Origin: an uncultured Gammaproteobacteria bacterium
Lineage (GTDB): Bacteria; Pseudomonadota; Gammaproteobacteria; Steroidobacterales; UBA11654
Direction of reading: 5' to 3'
NCBI GenBank assembly: GCA_902553145.1
Contig: CACDKD010000002.1
Location: 160,990-224,989, forward strand
DNA length: 64,000 nucleotides
Positions 57,443-64,000 of this stretch are shown here, piece by piece; position 1 is the stretch's first letter; the number at the start of each line of letters is the position of its first letter. Made by a program: the position numbers and the translations under genes. Below the pieces are notes generated by a model. That model worked only from the letters and a program-made list of their open reading frames with translations, did no database searches and was not told the origin of the DNA.

Positions 57443-57972
57443 TGAACAATCACTTCTGCGTCAGCAGGGATTGAGGAATAGAAAAAATCGTCACTAATAT
57501 TTGAGTCTAACTCAACTTGTTCCATGGTAATTTCAAATTCATCCTTTCCGGAAAGATAGATTGCAATGGATCTTATCTTGTCGCCCTCTTTATCTATGAC
57601 AAATTCTCTTAACTGAGAATCCATAAGTAGTGACTTATAAATAATTCTAGTAGAGAAATCACTTCTTTCTGTGATGCTATCCAAGTAACTTCTGGCATCT
57701 CTATCAGTAAACACCCTTATCCATTTAGCCTCCTCAAATATGTCTATATCTGATTTCAATACTTGATTAAGATCGGGATCATAGATTGAGATACTATTAT
57801 TTACGATCAGGACGATTCTCTCTGTTGGTAATTTCACATGCCACAATATTGAATTTGGCTTGCTGATGAATAATTCACCGGTTGTTTTTGATGCTGAATC
57901 ATCATTCTCTGAAACTATAGTTTGAGTGAAAGAAGCAGTGAATGTTTCAAAATCAAAAAATTCATCCTCCAA
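57439..57972 (-). CDS. lolA: outer-membrane lipoprotein carrier LolA (mature part; the true start probably lies upstream at a non-canonical codon)
   Basis: FTASFTQ (E. coli FHASFTQ), G.L.I.KPN...W, and I.V.....S.YDPDLNQV. The track TTG start leaves no signal peptide. The in-frame upstream 57973..58032 encodes TIIFQRLIIISIIFSQPSFA. Confidence 0.8.
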   Translation of the reverse strand: MEDEFFDFETFTASFTQTIVSENDDSASKTTGELFISKPNSILWHVKLPTERIVLIVNNSISIYDPDLNQVLKSDIDIFEEAKWIRVFTDRDARSYLDSITERSDFSTRIIYKSLLMDSQLREFVIDKEGDKIRSIAIYLSGKDEFEITMEQVELDSNISDDFFYSSIPADAEVIVQ

Positions 57973-58044
57973 TGCAAAGGAAGGTTGAGAGAAAATGATT
58001 GAGATAATTATGAGTCTTTGAAAAATGATTGTTTACTCGATTAT

Positions 58045-60366
58045 TTAATCTTCGGGCGGTGGAGGAGCAAGGACTTCCCTCTTCCCGTTTGACTCCAATT
58101 CTCCAACAATCCCAATTTCTTCCATTTTTTCAACAATTCTAGCCGCTCTGTTATAACCAATCCTAAGTTTTCTTTGTACAGAAGAAATGGATGCATTCCT
58201 TGACTCCGTAACCAATGCAACTGCTTCATCAAATAATGGGTCCTTCTCTGAGTCGCCTTCACTGTCTGATGCTGAGGCATCTCCGGGAATTGGGGTTTCC
58301 ATTTGGCCTGATGTAACTTCGTCGATGAATACGGGTTGAGATTTGGATTGAAGATCGGTTGATACTGCATTGACCTCTTCGTCCGATACGAATGCGCCAT
58401 GAACTCTTCCAGGCGTTGACGAGCCAGGAGGTATGTAAAGCATATCGCCATTGCCCAATAAATTCTCTGCGCCCATTTGATCAAGAATTGTTCTGGAATC
58501 GACTTTGGCAGACACTTGAAATGCAATTCTTGAAGGTATGTTTGCTTTAATCAAACCGGTGATCACATCTACGGATGGTCGTTGAGTGGCAATGATCATA
58601 TGAATCCCAGATGCTCTGGCTTTTGCGGCTAATCGAGAAATCAATTGCTCTACCTTTTTTCCAACAGTGATCATCATGTCAGCGAGCTCATCAACCACAA
58701 CCACTATATTTGGGAGCGGTTCTAAATCAGGCGCCTCTATGTTCTCCGTGGTTTGAACTTCTTTTTTTGGATCAAACAAAGGATCTTTAATGGGTTGGCC
58801 GGATGCAATAGCGTCTTCAATTTTTTGATTCAAGCCCTTTAAATTTCTCACTTTGAGCTTTGACATTAACTTATACCGCCTCTCCATTTCGACAACACAC
58901 CATCTCAAAGCATTGGCGGCCTCTTTCATGTCAGTCACGACTGGGCATAGAAGGTGCGGTATGCCTCCATATACTGACAATTCAAGCATCTTTGGATCGA
59001 TTAGAATCATTCGTACATCTCTTGGAGTGGACTTGTATAGCAGACTGACGATCATTGCATTGATGCCGACTGATTTTCCAGAACCTGTGGTTCCGGCTAT
59101 CAGTAAATGAGGCATTTTTTGCAAATCAGCAACTATTGGGTTTCCAGCAATGTCTTTTCCAAGGGCAATCGTTAGTGGGGATGAAAATTCTTCAAAGGTT
59201 TTTGATCTTAGAATTTCACCCAAAGTCACCAAATCTCTTTTCTCATTTGGGATCTCAATGCCAACGAATGATTTGCCTTCAATGACTTCAACAACTCTTA
59301 CGCTCGAGACCGATAATGATCTAGCCAAATCCTTTGAGAGATTACTGATTTGACTGACCTTTACGCCTGGGGCTGGGTTGATTTCAAATCTCGTCACAAT
59401 GGGTCCTGGTAGAACCTCTTCAACCGTTGCAGTGATCCCAAAGTCCTTAAGCTTAAGTTCAAGCAGGCTTGAGAGCGCCTCTAGAGATTCTTTTGATGCA
59501 CCTTGCTGTTGAGATGGCGCTTTATCTAAAAGGTTGAGATCTGGAATAATGGATTCGGATGAAGAGTCAAACATTTTAACCTGTCTCTGTTCAGTCACCT
59601 TTTTGCTTTCCTCGATCGGTGGTGCAGATTTCTCAATCTTTATCTTTGATTCTTTCTTTTTCGTGCTTTTCTTTAGCTTTTCAACCACCTGCTCTTTGAG
59701 TGGCTTTTTCAACGGTTCTTCTGCTTCTGACTTGGGCGCAGACGGTTTCTTTATTGAAGGCTCATTTTGTTTTTCTTGAATCTTAGAAAGCAACCCAGAG
59801 AAGAGATCGAGCGTCTTATTGATCAATAAAAGTAAGTGCACTCCAATGAAATCAGCAACCTTCAGCCATGAAAATCCAATCATCAGTGGCAAAAATGAAA
59901 GAATCATTGCCATTAAGATTACGGTGCTTCCGGTCAAACCCAGATTTTCAATAAACCATGCAGACAAGAGCAAGCCTGTGATTCCACCAGAGCCCTCAGG
60001 GAAAGCATCGAGTCCAATATGAATGGAAAAAAGCGTTGATGATGAGAGAAGGAGAACCAAAAAAGATACGACTCTAATCGCGATTATGGTCCTATCAATC
60101 TTACTCACTGCATCTTTGATCAAGGTAATCCCAGCTGACAGGAAAAGTAGGGGTAGAAAATAACTCGCTAAACCAAAAAATGAAAAAAGAAAACTGGAAA
60201 AATAGGCTCCAAAAACGCCAATGTAGTTATTGACTCCATCATTGGTGCCTGTCGTATTAAATCCAGGATCACTTAGGTCATGACTCAAAAAAGAGATAAA
60301 ACTGATGGAGGCTAATCCGAGCAGAACAATAAAAATGGATTCCCTTAGAATAGAGAATGATGTCAT
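58045..60366 (-). CDS. ftsK: DNA translocase FtsK
   Basis: 773 aa. 4-5 N-terminal TM segments, a charged linker, a motor domain ([47 protein letters not shown]) and a gamma wHTH domain ([21 protein letters not shown]). Confidence 0.96.
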   Translation of the reverse strand: MTSFSILRESIFIVLLGLASISFISFLSHDLSDPGFNTTGTNDGVNNYIGVFGAYFSSFLFSFFGLASYFLPLLFLSAGITLIKDAVSKIDRTIIAIRVVSFLVLLLSSSTLFSIHIGLDAFPEGSGGITGLLLSAWFIENLGLTGSTVILMAMILSFLPLMIGFSWLKVADFIGVHLLLLINKTLDLFSGLLSKIQEKQNEPSIKKPSAPKSEAEEPLKKPLKEQVVEKLKKSTKKKESKIKIEKSAPPIEESKKVTEQRQVKMFDSSSESIIPDLNLLDKAPSQQQGASKESLEALSSLLELKLKDFGITATVEEVLPGPIVTRFEINPAPGVKVSQISNLSKDLARSLSVSSVRVVEVIEGKSFVGIEIPNEKRDLVTLGEILRSKTFEEFSSPLTIALGKDIAGNPIVADLQKMPHLLIAGTTGSGKSVGINAMIVSLLYKSTPRDVRMILIDPKMLELSVYGGIPHLLCPVVTDMKEAANALRWCVVEMERRYKLMSKLKVRNLKGLNQKIEDAIASGQPIKDPLFDPKKEVQTTENIEAPDLEPLPNIVVVVDELADMMITVGKKVEQLISRLAAKARASGIHMIIATQRPSVDVITGLIKANIPSRIAFQVSAKVDSRTILDQMGAENLLGNGDMLYIPPGSSTPGRVHGAFVSDEEVNAVSTDLQSKSQPVFIDEVTSGQMETPIPGDASASDSEGDSEKDPLFDEAVALVTESRNASISSVQRKLRIGYNRAARIVEKMEEIGIVGELESNGKREVLAPPPPED

Positions 60367-60502
60367 GAAAGATTTAAGATCTTTTTTCTTGATGACTTTC
60401 CTCTCTTTATTTAATTGCTTAATGAGTAATTATTTCAGAATAAATTATTCGTGATTGCATTATTATGATTCTTTATAGAAAATCTAACAACAGACTTTTG
60501 AA

Positions 60503-61462
60503 ATGACCGAATCAATACATCATAAATTAATCATCCTTGGATCTGGCCCCGCAGGCTATTCTGCGGCTGTTTATGCCGCTCGTGCCAATCTTAAGCCTGT
60601 CATAATCACTGGATCTGAACCGGGTGGACAACTCATGACCACAACAGATGTTGAGAATTGGCCAGGCGATCCTGAGGGCTTATTAGGCCCCGCTCTTATG
60701 GATCGGATGCTGGAACATGCAAAAAGATTTGATACAGAAGTCATTTACGATCACATTGAGAGTGCGGAACTTGGCTCAAGGCCTTTCACTTTAAATGGGG
60801 GCAATGCTAAATACACTGCTGATGCATTGATTATTGCAACAGGATCAACTGCTAGATATCTGGGCTTGGAATCAGAAGAGAAATACAAGGGCAAGGGTGT
60901 TTCTGCTTGTGCGACTTGCGATGGTTTTTTCTACAAGGATCAAGATGTAATCGTAGTTGGCGGCGGAAATGTTGCCGTTGAAGAGGCAATTTACTTATCG
61001 AATATTGCAAAAAACGTGACTCTAATTCATCGAAGAGATGAACTGAGAGCGGAAAAAATGCTTCAAGAAAAACTCTTTGAAAAAACAGGGGATAACGGAA
61101 ACATTAATATCCTTTGGGATCACGTTTTGGATGAAGTGCTTGGAGACGAATCCGGCGTTAATGGCATTGTGTGCTCCAATGTCAATGAACCATCAGATCA
61201 AACTCAGCTTGATGTTCAAGGCGTATTTATTGCCATTGGTCACGATCCAAACACATCGTTCTTTGGCGATGGTTTAACACTGGATGATTCCAATTACATC
61301 ATTCTCGATGAGTCCAATCCTCGATTTTCCACTCAAACAAGCATAGAAGGCGTATTTGCAGCTGGAGATGTCGCTGATCCAGTATACAGACAAGCTGTGA
61401 CCTCTGCAGGAAGCGGCTGCATGGCTGCGCTGGATGCAGAGAAATTCTTGGAACAAAGCTAG
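60503..61462 (+). CDS. trxB: thioredoxin reductase
   Basis: 319 aa. [17 protein letters not shown], redox CATCDG, GGGN.A.EEA.YL, and [23 protein letters not shown]. Confidence 0.96.
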   Translation: MTESIHHKLIILGSGPAGYSAAVYAARANLKPVIITGSEPGGQLMTTTDVENWPGDPEGLLGPALMDRMLEHAKRFDTEVIYDHIESAELGSRPFTLNGGNAKYTADALIIATGSTARYLGLESEEKYKGKGVSACATCDGFFYKDQDVIVVGGGNVAVEEAIYLSNIAKNVTLIHRRDELRAEKMLQEKLFEKTGDNGNINILWDHVLDEVLGDESGVNGIVCSNVNEPSDQTQLDVQGVFIAIGHDPNTSFFGDGLTLDDSNYIILDESNPRFSTQTSIEGVFAAGDVADPVYRQAVTSAGSGCMAALDAEKFLEQS

Positions 61463-61484
61463 TCATATCGAGTAAAATAGATTT

Positions 61485-61703
61485 ATGGCAAAAGAAGAAG
61501 CAATACAAATGAATGGGGTGGTCAAGGAAACACTACCCAATACTGTCTTTCGAGTCGAATTGGAAAATGGGCACATGATCACCGCTCACATCTCTGGAAA
61601 AATGAGAAAAAACTACATCAGGATACTCACTGGAGACAAAGTCCTTGTAGAAATCAGTCCATATGACTTATCCAAAGGAAGAATAGTCTTTAGAGAGACA
61701 TAA
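61485..61703 (+). CDS. infA: translation initiation factor IF-1
   Basis: 72 aa. Near-identical to E. coli IF1 ([58 protein letters not shown]). Confidence 0.97.
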   Translation: MAKEEAIQMNGVVKETLPNTVFRVELENGHMITAHISGKMRKNYIRILTGDKVLVEISPYDLSKGRIVFRET

Positions 61704-61710
61704 TTTACTG

Positions 61711-61727
61711 TCAGATCATGGATCTGA
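61711..61727 (+). terminator. perfect 7-bp stem / 3-nt loop hairpin 8 nt after the infA stop (weak terminator candidate)
   Basis: TCAGATC-ATG-GATCTGA. The downstream sequence (tatcaaataaatc) is A/T-rich but not a clean U-tract, so function is uncertain. Confidence 0.25.
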
Positions 61728-61759
61728 TATCAAATAAATCAATAAATAGAGGGCAATAG

Positions 61760-61945
61760 ATGTTAAATATTTTCAAAATCTTTTCCTTATCTTTCCTTGC
61801 AATAATCCTCGTTGGTTGCAACTCCAATCTGCTTAATCAGGTCGACGATCAAGAGCAAGAATTGGCAGTCGAAGCTGAGACAGAGGATGAAAAGACTCCA
61901 GAAGAAGTATGGGAAGATCTCGCAGAAGAAAAAACTAAGAAGTAA
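61760..61945 (+). CDS. small acidic lipoprotein, unknown function
   Basis: 61 aa. Signal with lipobox ILVGC, then an E/D-rich mature peptide. The alternative-frame ORF 61812..62003 is rejected. Confidence 0.5.
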   Translation: MLNIFKIFSLSFLAIILVGCNSNLLNQVDDQEQELAVEAETEDEKTPEEVWEDLAEEKTKK

Positions 61946-61951
61946 TATCGC

Positions 61952-63958
61952 CTATAACTTTCTGTCGTATTTTGATCTCTCATTGGGATCGCTTAAGGTT
62001 TGAAATGCTTTTTGTATCTCTTTGAATTTTTCTGACGCATTTTTTGCTTTATTTCGATCAGGATGATACTTCATTGCTAGCCTTTGATATGCCTTCTTAA
62101 TGTCAGCCTGCGAAGCATTTGTGCTAATTCCAAGAATTTCATAGTAACTTTTTTTTGCTTTATTTGACTTCGTGCGCTTTGACGACCTCTTTTTTTTCTG
62201 TCTCTTTGATTGTTTTTTATCATCATAATTAGTTTGACTGCGCTGTGCTTTTTCTGAGTTCACTTCTTCTTTATCGCTTTCATCTGATGGATAGATCCAA
62301 TAATAAAGCTTCATAAATAGTGCACGAATCTTTGCTTTAATATTTCTTAGTAGGTTTGATACTTTATTTATTAAGCCTATTCTTACTCGCTTTAAATTCT
62401 CACCTATTCTTTGTTTTGTTAAATTCTCTTTGAGTCCTTTTATGATTCCCTTCATTCCAATTTCGGATACTGCTGCACTGAAAATAACAAAAACCATGAA
62501 AAGGATATCCAAAGCTAGGGATATCCTATTCTTTCTTGTATCACTCTCTCTTTTCAATTTTGCTTCAAGTTCTCTTTGTTCTTTTAGCCTAGCTAATCTC
62601 TCTTTCTCTGCTAACTCTGCTTCAAGCCTTCTCTTTTCTATAGCAATACTCTCTTTCCTTTGTCTCTCAAATTCTTCATTTTGGGCAATTCTGTCTTTTA
62701 TTTTTCTTTGAGTTAAAGAAATTTCCCCTTCTAATTCGTCTTTTTTCCGGTTGAAACGGTATTCGTTGATGTAATCAGCCTCTCTAAATGATTGAGGATT
62801 TACTATTCCCATAAGATTATTCGGATTTGGAAGCGAAGCATACTCGAGATGTATTGAATTCACTTCTTCTATCAAATCTTCTAACTGTTTTTTCCATTTG
62901 AGGGAATCTTTCTCTTTTTGAATCAAATTTCTATACTTAATAATCTCTCGTTTCAAGCTGTCTCTTTTACGAGGAAAACCTCTTTCTTCATCAAGATAGT
63001 CGTTATCATTAATCTTTAAGAGATATTCGGATGTGCTAATGTTGCTTCGACTTTTTGAATTTAAAACTAATTCATAACTCATCACTTGTTTTAATTCCTC
63101 TACTAAATCTTCTAACTCATTCTTTCGTTCAAAAGCATTGATCTCTTCAGCAATCTTAAAGCTCTGATTATTAAGTGAATTATCTTTTCGATCTTTTTCA
63201 TCCCTAATTTTCAATTCTATTGCTTTATTTAGAAGTTCTTCACGTAGGAGATTATTAGCTGCAAGCAGCGAGTCAAATTTCTTATTCAGATCATCATGAA
63301 ACTCTCTAATAAAGAAAATACACAATAAGCAGGGATTATTGGGCTCTACACGACTGTCAAATTGGTGACCATAAGACTTATATTTTTTGGTATCTGACCA
63401 CCATTCTATTGCGTCGGTATGCCCGCTTGTGCTGCCATTCATGCTGATATTGATTAATACAGGCAAACAACCATCCGAATCTAGTTGTCGATCACTGTGG
63501 ACTGCCCCAACTGGTGTATATGAGTAAAATGTCTGTTTCAAATAATACATAAATTCAGCATGGTCTTGATAAGACCTTCCTATTAAAAATTCACTATTGC
63601 TTTTTTCGTCAAATGGAATTTTTGAAATAAATTCATCAATTATTGAGTCTATTGGAACTTCGAGGAACTTCTGATTAAACATAAACTGATTGTATTCATC
63701 AGGAAACATCTCTTCCTTGCTTGGCAAATCTACAGAGTTAAAAATGGGATGATTCAGAAGATCACATACCTCATCAATAGTTGCCATTTTTCCAAATGAA
63801 ACATACTTCTGCTTTGTTTTTGCACTAGTAAGTATAAAATCTTTATCATTCTCAGCTCCATCTTGAAAAGACGAAGCATCTTGAGGAGCAAAAATCAGTG
63901 AGAAGGAAAGTGGTATAAAAATGAATAGCTTTTTTAAGCTGTTTTTGCTCTTAATCAT
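61952..63958 (-). CDS. membrane-spanning J-domain protein (signal peptide + large N-terminal domain + repeated coiled-coil + TM + basic linker + C-terminal DnaJ domain)
   Basis: 668 aa. N-terminal signal [26 protein letters not shown] at about aa 479-501 ([23 protein letters not shown]). K/R-rich linker. C-terminal J-domain [32 protein letters not shown]...[20 protein letters not shown] with HPD. Confidence 0.75.
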   Translation of the reverse strand: MIKSKNSLKKLFIFIPLSFSLIFAPQDASSFQDGAENDKDFILTSAKTKQKYVSFGKMATIDEVCDLLNHPIFNSVDLPSKEEMFPDEYNQFMFNQKFLEVPIDSIIDEFISKIPFDEKSNSEFLIGRSYQDHAEFMYYLKQTFYSYTPVGAVHSDRQLDSDGCLPVLINISMNGSTSGHTDAIEWWSDTKKYKSYGHQFDSRVEPNNPCLLCIFFIREFHDDLNKKFDSLLAANNLLREELLNKAIELKIRDEKDRKDNSLNNQSFKIAEEINAFERKNELEDLVEELKQVMSYELVLNSKSRSNISTSEYLLKINDNDYLDEERGFPRKRDSLKREIIKYRNLIQKEKDSLKWKKQLEDLIEEVNSIHLEYASLPNPNNLMGIVNPQSFREADYINEYRFNRKKDELEGEISLTQRKIKDRIAQNEEFERQRKESIAIEKRRLEAELAEKERLARLKEQRELEAKLKRESDTRKNRISLALDILFMVFVIFSAAVSEIGMKGIIKGLKENLTKQRIGENLKRVRIGLINKVSNLLRNIKAKIRALFMKLYYWIYPSDESDKEEVNSEKAQRSQTNYDDKKQSKRQKKKRSSKRTKSNKAKKSYYEILGISTNASQADIKKAYQRLAMKYHPDRNKAKNASEKFKEIQKAFQTLSDPNERSKYDRKL

Positions 63959-64000
63959 TGATTAAATATCAAAGAGGGATGATATGTATTCACTCTTCTG

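Noticed and set aside
58041-58526. 161-aa minus-strand ORF overlapping the ftsK 3' end in another frame
   Set aside because: The ftsK gamma-domain frame ([19 protein letters not shown]) is unambiguous. The alternative frame gives an uninformative basic or aromatic sequence.
60367-60502. Divergent ftsK/trxB intergenic region checked for an lrp gene or an SOS (dinH-like) operator
   Set aside because: It is only 136 bp with no ORF, and it contains neither the GTTC/GAAC repeats nor a CTGT-N8-ACAG box. Nothing here can be supported.
61812-62003. 63-aa plus-strand ORF overlapping the small lipoprotein ORF and the J-protein 3' end
   Set aside because: It is an alternative frame with no signal or motif. 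The lipobox-containing frame (61760..61945) and the J-domain frame explain the region.

Overview
The window is a tightly packed, low-GC stretch of bacterial chromosome. About 70 protein genes and 2 tRNAs are supported. I found no rRNA, CRISPR array, transposase, integrase or phage genes. Gene order is clearly gammaproteobacterial, with three blocks collinear with E. coli: rpsP-rimM-trmD-rplS; queG / nnr-tsaE-amiB-[mutL]-miaA-[hfq]-hflX-hflK-hflC-yjeT-purA-[nsrR-rnr]-rlmB ... rpsF-[priB]-rpsR-rplI-dnaB; and trxB / ftsK-lolA-[rarA]-serS. The bracketed genes are missing from their usual slots. Many junctions overlap by 4 nt. Together this fits a streamlined marine gammaproteobacterium, possibly SAR86-like; that identification is inference only. 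About half the window is core housekeeping: ribosomal proteins, dnaB, purA, ruvCAB, fabAB, murF, serS, ftsK, trxB and infA. The accessory parts hold the interesting material. (1) A lexA / Y-family polymerase / mini-SRAP tricistron whose promoter spacer is filled by a GTTC-N7-GTTC direct repeat instead of the gamma-type SOS palindrome. (2) A tight minus-strand operon of exported proteins: ACE-like M2 peptidase, NosD-like beta-helix, diheme cytochrome c, a 45-aa basic ORF, an SDR and an SNase nuclease. (3) A plus-strand cluster of exported proteins: parvulin-like protein, double-length HupE/UreJ, DUF3604 and a Tat-signal flavoprotein. (4) A 668-aa membrane-spanning protein with an internally repeated N-terminal part and a C-terminal J-domain. 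(5) A lolA whose signal peptide has no canonical start codon. (6) A 511-bp extremely AT-rich non-coding gap. All functional calls come from reading the translated ORFs and motifs by eye. No database search was run.
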